From an uncultured virus (IMG/VR IMGVR_UViG_3300030060_001926) (Duplodnaviria; Heunggongvirae; Uroviricota; Caudoviricetes): a stretch of 64,000 nt of DNA. The position numbers and the translations under genes were made by a program. Shown one piece after another: positions 10,580 through 20,279 of this stretch (its first letter is position 1; each line of letters starts with the position of its first letter). The stretch is from positions 1 through 64,000 of the IMG/VR virus record IMGVR_UViG_3300030060_001926; one strand, given 5' to 3'. A model generated the notes under the pieces. That model had not been told where the DNA came from, made no database searches, and was given only the letters and a program-made list of their open reading frames with translations.

Positions 10580-13500
10580 TTATTCTGCAAACAAAGCTGA
10601 TTGCGGGGTAGCAACAGTATATAAGCTAACACGAATATTAGCAGGAATTCCTAGTCGCAAGAACTGTACTGCTGTCTCTAAACTAAACGCTGCGGCAGAT
10701 CCATCATCTACATCACGATTAAGCTTCATGTCTTGTAACTCTGGAGGCAGGTTAGATGCACTACTTGCTCCAGCATCTTCGGGGATTGGGGCGTTAGCAG
10801 TAGTGTCATCCCAATCAGTAGGATCATAATCTGCTAACCAATCAAGAGCAAGTTGCCTAAAGTTTACATCAGGGCTACCACCACTAGTAGTCATAGATTT
10901 ATGAACATCTAAATAACCAATGCGTTTCATTCGTGGAACTTTAAGAACTAGGTCAAATGCAGAGCCGGTTTTGTTTCTAATCTCTACATCTAGTTTGTGG
11001 TATGGATAGTTGTCCCATGCTTTAACAACATCAGCATTAAAGTCTGTTGGGTAAACATGGTAACCATCGCCACCAGCATTTGAGTTTGTGCCTCCACTAC
11101 CAATCCGAACACAATCTAATTCACCATCAGTGCAACCATCAGTATATTTTTCAATTTTAGCAACAACCTCATAACACCTAGAGTCTGTACAGTTTTGAGC
11201 ACCGCCAGATGTAGTATCTGAAGGTGTAGTTCTTGCTCCTGCATCCAAGCCAACAACAAAGACATATTCATCATATACATCCCCAATGTATGGTTCTAAA
11301 CTAGAGAAGACCGTGTTAGCATCAATCTTAATTGAATATGATCCACCCTTAGCAGCACTAACATCTGGATCATCATTATTAAAATCAATACCAGAAGCAG
11401 CATTAGACCATGTTCCACTTGCAGGTAAAATAGTATACTTTTCATTATCGTCAGACGAGTCACCAGTACCATGAAGAGATGTCTTACTAGGATCAAATGG
11501 ATTGTAATAACTTAGGTGTTCATACTTATTAACTTGGTTAGCTGAACCACTTCCACTAGTATCATTATCAAAACCTGTTACATGCCACCGCCAATAGTAC
11601 CAGTTCTTTCCAGCATCGCTTTCAAGATAGGTTCTTGTAGTAGTTGGAATGCCATAACTATAATTAGAACTGTCAGTAATAGCTCCCAATCCTTCCATAT
11701 TACCCTGCCAAACAATATGACTGGGTGCTCCAGTTGTTGCATCCCATAGGTGGGACAGGTAATATGTAACTACAGATGGGACATTAACAGCACTGCCGCT
11801 TGTTGCGTCATAAGCATATGAGCCATAAATAATTTCATCGCTTCCCATAAACTTAAGATAACTAGTTGTTCCACCAGTATCCTCTACGTTTGGATAGTCA
11901 GTAAGGGGGTGTTTTTCTGTATATCCTAGTGCAGTTCCCCAGTTGTTTTTGGTAATAATGCTTCTAAGAGATGTTAAATACCTGTCCGCCGAAGGCTTTC
12001 CAGTACTTGTATTCTGTGGACCCAGTGGGAATGCTTGAGATCTAGACCCATTGAATTTAAATGAGTCAATTTTTTCTGTATAAATTTTACACTTAGCTCC
12101 TATACCAACAGATGTTGACCAGTTTCTAAAATATGCAATGTCACTGTGATCAGATCTTGGTAGATCACTATCATCATCTAGAACACTACCAGCAACTCCA
12201 TGGTCAAGAGTATCAAAATGTTCAATATCAAAGAATGCTCTTGGATAATCAAACGAAGTAGCAAGGCCAGCAATCGCTCTACCTTCTCCCCTACCGATTT
12301 CCCACCTAAGGCTAGCTTTAACCTCGCCACCCGATGATCCAATTGCATTAATTTTACTAGTCACAAAGGTTTGAATTGCACTAGTTGTATTAGCGGAAGC
12401 TACTTGATCTGTAATTTGTTGTTCAGCTGCATAGTAACCAAGACCAAAGGATGTAATAGCATTAGGAACAAGATCCTTAGGTACGTTTAATACATTAGGA
12501 TCTGAGTTGCCCCATTTAGTATCAACAAACGCATCACCTTGAGGATAGTAATAGTCATCTAACTTTCCTTCAACGGAGGTGTTATATGATACCCAATCAG
12601 TAAAGTCAAATACATTAACAACGCTATTCACTAGAGAAGCAAAATCAGAGTTAACCCATTTGTCTCCACTATAATATAATACATCACCAGTAGAAGTTGA
12701 GGTAAAGTCTACGTTTGAAATATTATCTAGTTGCATATTGCCCGCAACAACCGAGGGATCTGTACCAACAAAGCTACCCTGACCATCCCAAGTTAATACA
12801 TCGTGTTGGTTAGTAGTAGATAAATCGAAGTTAACAGGCAAAGAGGTAGGAGGATCAAACGTAATGATTGGATCGTTAGTGTTATAATCTTGCCCATACT
12901 GGAAGCTCCATACGCTAACGCCTTGGAACATTCTTGCGTTAAGTTCTACGCTGTGAGCAAGGGAGGTATAGTTACCAGCAACTCCGGGTACAGACTGCTT
13001 AACAATAATTTTGTCTAGGGGTAAGGTATTTGTTACTCTACTTGTGGTTAGTTTTGTGCCATGTCCGTTAGTGTGACCAGTATTGATAATAGCTTTTTCA
13101 ATCTCAGCGGTGAGTTCGGACATTTGAGATAAGTTATGTAGCTGAATACGAACGTTGCTGCCATCTAACGACCCAGTTGCTCCTGCGTTGTCATCATCAA
13201 AGACATAAGTTTTTGAAACGTTTGAGCCATTTGTTTCTAATGCTTTAAGGGTAAAAGTAAACCCATCAAACTCAGAGGTTGTAAAGTCCTTACCCCCTCT
13301 AAAGTCATTATCAGTTGCACTGGATACGCTTACCATTTCTACACCATTAGTACCAACATCAACAACAACATCAGTAGCATTGGTAGCGTGTCCTGCATTA
13401 GTAGCAGTAAGGTTGATTTGTGTACTAGATGTTCCGTTAGATGCGGTAATACCAGTTACACCATTTTGTCCATTGCCGCTGGTAGCAGACGCAATCTTTG

Positions 13501-15778
13501 AATCAGCAACATTATTAATTGCTTTAACAAGAAGATCTCTAACGTCAGCATCAGTTAGTCCACCGCCTGTAAAGTTTGAAGATGTCAAGTCATTAATAGC
13601 AGCACTTCCACCACCCTGAGCAACCGCTGTATTACCATTTGATCCAGCTACAGCTTGAGTAAGGGTAATGGCTTGGTTTCCATTTGCCTGACCGGGAACA
13701 GCACTAACGGTAATCTTTCCATTGTGACCAGTAGAACCTTCAATAGCTGCTTTTAGTTGAGTTAATAAAAAGTTTTGTGTAGCGGTGGACGATGCAATAT
13801 TAACCGCAACAGCGATGCCACCAATTTGAGGAGCTAACGAACCAAGGGTTCCGCTACCATAATCATCACCTTGAGCCAATACTTTACCTGTGGGTGTGCT
13901 GCCACCTGTGTTAGCATTATCTACAATAACATATTTTCTAGTAGTACCATCTGTAGAAATTAAAGTTATTTCATCTAGCTCAGCACAAGTTACATTAGCA
14001 TCACCATCAGCAACAGTCAACGTAGTTGTAGCTGCTGCTCCACGCACACCAATAGCAATAGTATTAGTACCTGCTGCTGGCGAGGTGTCTTGATCTTCGT
14101 CTAATAGAATAGTAGTTGTACCCTGACCACCTGCACTAGATGGGAGCGTAAAGGTAAGACTCTCGTCTACACTTGCTGCTAGTACACCTGCTGTATCAAT
14201 AACATTGTTCGCACACGATGCAGAGACTTTAGTAGACTGCAAGCTAAAGGTAATTGCTGCTTTAACAGAGGCAGCATTTTGAACCTGCATATATTCGTTT
14301 GCTGCAAATTCTTTTTCTTGGATCAAGAACAGAAGTTGGTGAAGCGAAGCGTTAATATCAGTAGCACTTAGTTTTGCTCCTTCGGAGAAGGTAAGGAACA
14401 TTTTCTTATCATCACTGCATCGCTCAAATCTTAGCTGAGCGAATCCCGATACGCTCACATGGCTTAGAAGAGTTACAGTGGCTGCTGTCTCATTGATTGT
14501 GAAGTCTGTATTAAAGGTTAACTGGGTTTTCTCTCCACCAGATGTAACCAGATATACACAAAGCTGTAACGAATCAGGCACTTCACATAGGGTTGCAACG
14601 TTACCATATGAGTAAGCCACTCCAGTAGATGGATTATCATGGTTGATAATAACCGTTGCACCTAAGTTAGATGCATTGTAATAAATAGGGTCGTTTGTAT
14701 TGTAATCATAACACACTATTTCTTCTCCTGTTTCACAATCGGGATTAAATGGATTAGGGCAAGGGTCTACTTCCTCACACTCAAACCATATAGGAATATA
14801 AGAACTACCACATTGATAACAATTAGAACTTACATCAGCACACTGACCGGGGTCTGGGTTACATAGTTCATCGTAATCAACACAATCAAAATAAGGACCA
14901 GTTTCACTGCACTGACAACAGTTTGCACAACGTGTTTCATCAAAAACTACATTGCAGTACTCACAACTTTCACAATAAGAGGGAGGCATAGGATAACCAA
15001 ATGGACTGCAATCATCTGGCGGACATGTCTCGCAACACAAATCTTCAGGAACCCATTGGCCCGAGCCGGGAGGGCATTCTGTACAGCCCTCTTCACCGGG
15101 GACACAACAAACAGCAGGACAGGAATCATCTGCGCCTACAAAAGAACAAGTACCTGCACCGGGAGGAGGAGCTTGTCCTCCACCACAGGGACACGGAACA
15201 AAGTCTCCACAGTCTCCAGCACAAGGATCGCATAAAGCATCTGGATGACCAGCTTCAACAAATGTTCCATAAATACTTAATACATATTCTCCCGGTAAAT
15301 TTGACTCACAAGGATTTCCATCATTACACAAAAGACAAACTGGATATTCCTCATCAGTTATGCAAGGAACATCACAAGGCCAAAACGGTTGACATCCGTT
15401 GTTGTTTACCGATGTACAAACTTCTTCTGCGCCTCGCCGAATACAACATGTCTGGTCTTCTCCGCACGCACCACAATTAGTATCTTCCTCAGTACAACCA
15501 GTATTATAGTATTGAGCAAACTTACATAACAATTGCTGAAGGTTTTCGGTCCAACCACAGTTTTGAACAAGTTCACACAGCCCGCATTGTGCTCCTCCAA
15601 AAGAAGAACGATATCCGGGGTTGTCAGAATCTAATCCCTTGCTATTAAAAATTTTATTATTTGTTCCGTAGTAGCTGTTCCATTGGGATTTTGTTTCTTT
15701 TGCATTTTCAAAAGCATAGTCTACCCAACGAGAGTTGACAAACCATCTTTGCTTGGGCGATCTAATCCAGTTAGCCAT
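10580..15778 (-). CDS. Large tail fibre/spike protein (1732 aa) with Cys-rich N-terminus and internal gp17-type adaptor
   Basis: Follows tail tube B; 'LTFSEGAKLSATDINASLHQLLFLIQE' adaptor motif at ~aa 460; Gly/Thr/Ser-rich repeats; AAGGAG RBS. Confidence 0.75.
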   Translation of the reverse strand: MANWIRSPKQRWFVNSRWVDYAFENAKETKSQWNSYYGTNNKIFNSKGLDSDNPGYRSSFGGAQCGLCELVQNCGWTENLQQLLCKFAQYYNTGCTEEDTNCGACGEDQTCCIRRGAEEVCTSVNNNGCQPFWPCDVPCITDEEYPVCLLCNDGNPCESNLPGEYVLSIYGTFVEAGHPDALCDPCAGDCGDFVPCPCGGGQAPPPGAGTCSFVGADDSCPAVCCVPGEEGCTECPPGSGQWVPEDLCCETCPPDDCSPFGYPMPPSYCESCEYCNVVFDETRCANCCQCSETGPYFDCVDYDELCNPDPGQCADVSSNCYQCGSSYIPIWFECEEVDPCPNPFNPDCETGEEIVCYDYNTNDPIYYNASNLGATVIINHDNPSTGVAYSYGNVATLCEVPDSLQLCVYLVTSGGEKTQLTFNTDFTINETAATVTLLSHVSVSGFAQLRFERCSDDKKMFLTFSEGAKLSATDINASLHQLLFLIQEKEFAANEYMQVQNAASVKAAITFSLQSTKVSASCANNVIDTAGVLAASVDESLTFTLPSSAGGQGTTTILLDEDQDTSPAAGTNTIAIGVRGAAATTTLTVADGDANVTCAELDEITLISTDGTTRKYVIVDNANTGGSTPTGKVLAQGDDYGSGTLGSLAPQIGGIAVAVNIASSTATQNFLLTQLKAAIEGSTGHNGKITVSAVPGQANGNQAITLTQAVAGSNGNTAVAQGGGSAAINDLTSSNFTGGGLTDADVRDLLVKAINNVADSKIASATSGNGQNGVTGITASNGTSSTQINLTATNAGHATNATDVVVDVGTNGVEMVSVSSATDNDFRGGKDFTTSEFDGFTFTLKALETNGSNVSKTYVFDDDNAGATGSLDGSNVRIQLHNLSQMSELTAEIEKAIINTGHTNGHGTKLTTSRVTNTLPLDKIIVKQSVPGVAGNYTSLAHSVELNARMFQGVSVWSFQYGQDYNTNDPIITFDPPTSLPVNFDLSTTNQHDVLTWDGQGSFVGTDPSVVAGNMQLDNISNVDFTSTSTGDVLYYSGDKWVNSDFASLVNSVVNVFDFTDWVSYNTSVEGKLDDYYYPQGDAFVDTKWGNSDPNVLNVPKDLVPNAITSFGLGYYAAEQQITDQVASANTTSAIQTFVTSKINAIGSSGGEVKASLRWEIGRGEGRAIAGLATSFDYPRAFFDIEHFDTLDHGVAGSVLDDDSDLPRSDHSDIAYFRNWSTSVGIGAKCKIYTEKIDSFKFNGSRSQAFPLGPQNTSTGKPSADRYLTSLRSIITKNNWGTALGYTEKHPLTDYPNVEDTGGTTSYLKFMGSDEIIYGSYAYDATSGSAVNVPSVVTYYLSHLWDATTGAPSHIVWQGNMEGLGAITDSSNYSYGIPTTTRTYLESDAGKNWYYWRWHVTGFDNDTSGSGSANQVNKYEHLSYYNPFDPSKTSLHGTGDSSDDNEKYTILPASGTWSNAASGIDFNNDDPDVSAAKGGSYSIKIDANTVFSSLEPYIGDVYDEYVFVVGLDAGARTTPSDTTSGGAQNCTDSRCYEVVAKIEKYTDGCTDGELDCVRIGSGGTNSNAGGDGYHVYPTDFNADVVKAWDNYPYHKLDVEIRNKTGSAFDLVLKVPRMKRIGYLDVHKSMTTSGGSPDVNFRQLALDWLADYDPTDWDDTTANAPIPEDAGASSASNLPPELQDMKLNRDVDDGSAAAFSLETAVQFLRLGIPANIRVSLYTVATPQSALFAE

Positions 15779-15790
15779 AGGTTTGTCTCC

Positions 15791-18700
15791 TTATTTTTGA
15801 ATGCTAGTGTTGCCACTTCTAAAGTTACCAATAACTTCTACATTGGTAATATTGCAGGGAGTAGGATAATCACTTTTAATATTAATTTTAGTGGAATCTG
15901 CATAGCCCAAGACTTTAGATAGCAGTTCACCCTCAGTTTCAATCCTCAAACTTCCTAAAAGATCCGTTGTGTCATTAAAAGAAAATGCCTCACTTCTTAC
16001 TGAACTAGCTGTTCTTGTGTACCTTTGTACTTCTACGTCATATTGGCCTGTGTTTCTGTGTCTTGTTGTTAGTCGTTTAAGATTAAGAACACCGGGGACA
16101 GCAACATTATCTTGGCCTCTAACATGTAGTGTAGAAAGCTCTAGATTCATGATATATGGCCTGCCTACCCACATGCGTCTTGCTGTAAACACACCAGCCC
16201 CAGTTCTTTCGGTTGCTAAATTACCTTGGAATGTAAGCTTTGTAATAAAATGCCCATCATATTGCTCTGTTGCTACAGCAACGGCAAAGTGTCTTGAGTA
16301 TCGTCTGTCCGTAGACCAATCGTCTGCAAGCACGGCCTCTTTAGCATTGGGGTCATAGTAAGGTAAAGTAACTGTAGTGTAGTTTGATTCAGCATCATAG
16401 GTAATTTCGCTTGTTTCTACTTTATGGAGCCTATCTAGTAGTGGAGTGGCGAGGGTGACAGGCTCAAATGAAGCGTAATACGCATAGATTTTAGGAGTCA
16501 CACCATTTGTTCTTTTCACCACTATATAAACACCATCTTCATATCCCTGCACTGCAAGCACGGAATCAGTAGAATCAAGAGTCCACTTATAAAAAGCATT
16601 TTGAACAAGCTGCTGTCCGTTTGTCTTAGTAGTATAGATATACATTTCATTTTTACTATCCCTATCTACCATAACAATGCTGTTGTAAGATGGGATTGCA
16701 GTAACTTCTTGAAAGTTTACAGGTAAGTATCCTCGACAGTGTTGCGAAAGCTCGTAAGCAGTAGAGTATTCATTACCAAATGCATCAGTTCCACTGTATA
16801 AAAACAATTTTTCTTCATCAAAGAAATAAATGTTGTTTCCCATTTTAACAGGATTGGCAGTAGATGCTGATGAGTAAAACGAAGTAGATCTTAGCTCTAC
16901 ACTAGTAGGAGAAACATTGCCTGCTTGTGTAGCAGAACCTCGAATCTCAAACTGCGTACCACTTCTTGTAGTAATAAACAAAAAGTTTTGGTATGCTGTT
17001 AAACTTTGTACCCTATTAAACTGGCCTGTGTTAACAGACAGGTCAATAGGATCTGCATCTGTAATGTTTTGAATATCATCAATAAAGTAATTAAAATAAT
17101 CGTTTACTCTAGATGAAAAGATTGTTGTATCTGTAGCAATCCAAAGCCTGCCTTTCCAAAAGTCCATGGCTTTAATTGTTTCTCCGCTTTTAATTCCAGA
17201 TGGTCCGGGGTTATTAATTGAAGATCCACTATCTTTTGGCTTAAGCGGAGCATAACTAATTCTCCACTTACCATCAGAAGAAGACTTTCTAATCATAACC
17301 GGCATTGTTCGGTGATCAATTACAGAGTCTTTATCTTCTGCTCGTACTCTTTGAAAGTAAGGCTGACCCCCTTCAGAGTTAGAGACAACCCGATAGAACC
17401 CAGCACTGAAGGTAAAGAAAGGATCTCTGGTATGGTAGATCTCTCCCCTACCAAAATCATTTGCATTAGGGTATTGATAAATAGAATCTGGGTTTCTAAT
17501 ATCACTAAAGGGGCTGGTTAAATATCCAAAATCAGGAGCATCAGCTGCCCCAAGAAAACCTACAATAGTAATAGCAGAATCTGTTGTAGTTACTCCAGCT
17601 GAAGTTTGTAATTCAATTGGTTTATTTGCAAAGGTTCCGTGAACATCCCAATTTAAATTAACTTTTGTGTTGTCAACAGTATCAACTGCTGCGGTAACTC
17701 TAAGAGAAGGATTAACAGCTTGCACTATTTGTTGAAATCTAGTAGCAATAGTTGAAGCGGTAGTTCCTGCACCATTAAGACCAACAATATATCGACCCTC
17801 AGCATCTTGCAAAGGAGTTGTATCGTGGTTAAGATCGGTTTTAAAAATAAATTTCCAATATTCTTGGGTGGGGTGCAACGAGTTTCTAATAACAATTACA
17901 TTATTAGTTGTTACTGCTTGACCATCGGTAAACGTAACGCTTCCAGATGCTTTTGCCGCAGATGTTGCGTCTGTATTGGGGATACCAGATTCATTACGAT
18001 GATATAGGTGTTTTAGTGCAGCACTTGCTTTCCAACCATTATGTGATCCTGTGTCATCAGCAGCTGGGGGCAATGGAATGTCTGAAAAGTTTTCAAGAGA
18101 GTGGCCTACCTCATATGCTTCTAGTGAAAAAGAGTTTACTCTAGATTCAATATCCGCAGATACGTTTTTGTATCCTCCACCATCTGGGGAGGCAACAGTC
18201 GAGATCCATGCTGAATATATCCCATCAGAATCTTTGCTAAGTTCGTAAGGTTTTAGTTCTCTGTCTTCTTCAGAAGCATCTGGTAATCTTACTTGTCCAT
18301 CTCCGCCATTAGCTGGATTACCACCATCGTCTACAAAAAACATATCAGCTGTTTTGTAGTTCATCTTATCACCAGCATGAATATATCCGGGGTGTGGTTC
18401 TTTAAAACCAACCACCTCGCCGTCTGAATTTCCCCAGTTATCTGCTGCGCCTAGTTCTTTTACTTTTCCAGAGTTGTCAGGAAGGAATGCAAGTTTTTTC
18501 TTTTTGTTGTAAAAGATAGCACCTGCACCAAAGCTTACGCTGCCCATGATATCGGCTAATACATCGCTTCCGTCTGTTTTAAGATTAGAATGGAGTAAAT
18601 ACTCTAACATTCCTCTATCAAATGAAAGACGATCAAACTCTTCTTCTACCCATTCTGTAGGTTCAATACGAAAAACTCTAACAACTAAGTTGGTAAATTC

Positions 18701-19027
18701 TACAGCACGATTAATAACAATACAATATCTATTTACACCATCAACATCAATAAAATGAAAGAATAAGTTGTCGTTGTTGTAGTAGTCTAGTGGGTTAGTA
18801 ATCCCAGATTCTTCAGGAGGAGTTCCGCCTAATACATTAGGAACATTTAAGTAATCTCCTTCAACCCCTGTTTTAATGTGCGTCATTGGTGGTCTTTTTT
18901 CTGCTGATCTCTCCACAGTTAAGACAACATTATCCGCCTCCTGTACCTCTTGAGGCAAACGCTTGGACGATTCTCTTCGAGAAACGCCCCCATTAAATGT
19001 AGGAATTTGAATCTTTGTGGTTGGCAT
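15791..19027 (-). CDS. Tail tubular protein B / nozzle (T7 gp12-like), with insertion
   Basis: N-term 'IPTFNGGVSRR...LPQEVQEADN...KRPP', 'FWKGRLW', 'DADPID'; position after tube A. Confidence 0.9.
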   Translation of the reverse strand: MPTTKIQIPTFNGGVSRRESSKRLPQEVQEADNVVLTVERSAEKRPPMTHIKTGVEGDYLNVPNVLGGTPPEESGITNPLDYYNNDNLFFHFIDVDGVNRYCIVINRAVEFTNLVVRVFRIEPTEWVEEEFDRLSFDRGMLEYLLHSNLKTDGSDVLADIMGSVSFGAGAIFYNKKKKLAFLPDNSGKVKELGAADNWGNSDGEVVGFKEPHPGYIHAGDKMNYKTADMFFVDDGGNPANGGDGQVRLPDASEEDRELKPYELSKDSDGIYSAWISTVASPDGGGYKNVSADIESRVNSFSLEAYEVGHSLENFSDIPLPPAADDTGSHNGWKASAALKHLYHRNESGIPNTDATSAAKASGSVTFTDGQAVTTNNVIVIRNSLHPTQEYWKFIFKTDLNHDTTPLQDAEGRYIVGLNGAGTTASTIATRFQQIVQAVNPSLRVTAAVDTVDNTKVNLNWDVHGTFANKPIELQTSAGVTTTDSAITIVGFLGAADAPDFGYLTSPFSDIRNPDSIYQYPNANDFGRGEIYHTRDPFFTFSAGFYRVVSNSEGGQPYFQRVRAEDKDSVIDHRTMPVMIRKSSSDGKWRISYAPLKPKDSGSSINNPGPSGIKSGETIKAMDFWKGRLWIATDTTIFSSRVNDYFNYFIDDIQNITDADPIDLSVNTGQFNRVQSLTAYQNFLFITTRSGTQFEIRGSATQAGNVSPTSVELRSTSFYSSASTANPVKMGNNIYFFDEEKLFLYSGTDAFGNEYSTAYELSQHCRGYLPVNFQEVTAIPSYNSIVMVDRDSKNEMYIYTTKTNGQQLVQNAFYKWTLDSTDSVLAVQGYEDGVYIVVKRTNGVTPKIYAYYASFEPVTLATPLLDRLHKVETSEITYDAESNYTTVTLPYYDPNAKEAVLADDWSTDRRYSRHFAVAVATEQYDGHFITKLTFQGNLATERTGAGVFTARRMWVGRPYIMNLELSTLHVRGQDNVAVPGVLNLKRLTTRHRNTGQYDVEVQRYTRTASSVRSEAFSFNDTTDLLGSLRIETEGELLSKVLGYADSTKINIKSDYPTPCNITNVEVIGNFRSGNTSIQK

Positions 19028-19674
19028 TACTTTCTATACCTCCTACTAGGCCCACGGAAATCAAAGTTTCGCGTGCTTGCTAATCGAGTACCAACATCAC
19101 CATTCAAAAAGCTTCTTCTCTTTTGATGGACATCAGCACCCTTACCCTTGGCAGAGTAAATTGCTTCTCTTTGTGCTAAGTATTGATCAACTCTTGGATC
19201 CCCTTGACTAATCATCTGATAGTCTCTGGCTGCACCGGACATAATTGCACGCTGCATTGGTGTCTCAATATCTGAAAACTCAAGGTTAACTACAAGCTTG
19301 ATTCTAACACCATCACTGCCGCCCAACCCTGTCCAGTCACTTGAGTTATCTGTAACATTAAACAAATAAGGAGGACTACCCTTGTAGCTTGCAAGAATAT
19401 ATTGTTCTTGATCGGTAGAATAAATATCTTCTGCTAGCTCAGCGTGTACCGTGCCTGATGGCAAATAGATATTACCGTTTGAGTCGGGTAAATATTTTTT
19501 ATAATAACAGTTATTTACAACCCCACGCATTACATAAGATACAATGGTTTCTTCAAGGATATGCTCAGCAACACTAGTATCCACACCAGAATCATTTTCC
19601 AAATGGTTAGCGATATGCTCTCCAGACATAAGTAACATATGGTTAATTGCATCTAGTTTGGAATACTGTCCCAT
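19027..19674 (-). CDS. Tail tubular protein A / adaptor (T7 gp11-like)
   Basis: N-term 'SKLDAINHMLLMSGE' typical of gp11; 215 aa; synteny. Confidence 0.9.
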   Translation of the reverse strand: MGQYSKLDAINHMLLMSGEHIANHLENDSGVDTSVAEHILEETIVSYVMRGVVNNCYYKKYLPDSNGNIYLPSGTVHAELAEDIYSTDQEQYILASYKGSPPYLFNVTDNSSDWTGLGGSDGVRIKLVVNLEFSDIETPMQRAIMSGAARDYQMISQGDPRVDQYLAQREAIYSAKGKGADVHQKRRSFLNGDVGTRLASTRNFDFRGPSRRYRK

Positions 19675-19676
19675 AA

Positions 19677-19856
19677 TTAGTTCTCCTTTTTATAGGGTGC
19701 TTTATTATTTAAAGCTTTCTTGCGTTTGCTGCATCCACAGTCTTTCTTGCCAGCCTTTGGATTACTAGTAAGCTTACCTAAAGAAGCAATGTAAGCAATT
19801 TTTTCAACTGTATCACCAAGTCCTTGGGACTTTTTTTGTAGAGGATTTTCACTCAT
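19677..19856 (-). CDS. Small conserved phage protein (GLGDTV...CGC..RK..LN type)
   Basis: 59 aa from ATG 19856 with AAGGAG RBS. Confidence 0.6.
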   Translation of the reverse strand: MSENPLQKKSQGLGDTVEKIAYIASLGKLTSNPKAGKKDCGCSKRKKALNNKAPYKKEN

Positions 19857-19866
19857 TATATTCTCC

Positions 19867-20196
19867 TTATCTTCGCCTGCGTCTATTACATAACAATGCA
19901 ATAGGAAACAGTGCTAATGCACCGGGAGATGGGATAAACAACATAGTTCGTAGATTATCTACTCCAGTTTTTATTTCACCAATAGTTCCTAGCCACTCAG
20001 CTATAGAATCTAAAGCTTCCTTGCCAGCTATTGCACCAATACCAATACAAACGGCTGTAAGAATAAACACCTTTTTATCTAGTTTTTGAATTTTCTTGTC
20101 TTTAGCTTGTCCACTTGTTCTGCATTTATGTAAATCATTTTTAACTTGTTGTAGTTCTTTTTTTTGACAATCACACTCAAATTGTTGTTCTTCCAT
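19867..20196 (-). CDS. Membrane protein with PEP-CTERM-like C-terminal sorting signal
   Basis: Likely start ATG 20196 (GGAGG RBS); ends 'IPSPGALALFPIALLCNRRRRR'. Confidence 0.65.
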   Translation of the reverse strand: MEEQQFECDCQKKELQQVKNDLHKCRTSGQAKDKKIQKLDKKVFILTAVCIGIGAIAGKEALDSIAEWLGTIGEIKTGVDNLRTMLFIPSPGALALFPIALLCNRRRRR

Positions 20197-20213
20197 TACA
20201 ACCTCCCCTCTAA

Positions 20214-20252
20214 TAAAAAAAGACCTCGGGGGGATTTCTCCCCCCAAGGCCG
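20214..20252 (-). terminator. Rho-independent terminator after the major capsid gene (T-phi equivalent)
   Basis: Minus strand GGCCTTGGGGGGA-GAAA-TCCCCCCGAGGTC followed by a T run. Confidence 0.9.
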
Positions 20253-20279
20253 TCCTGAGATAGCGAAGCTCAGTTAAAA

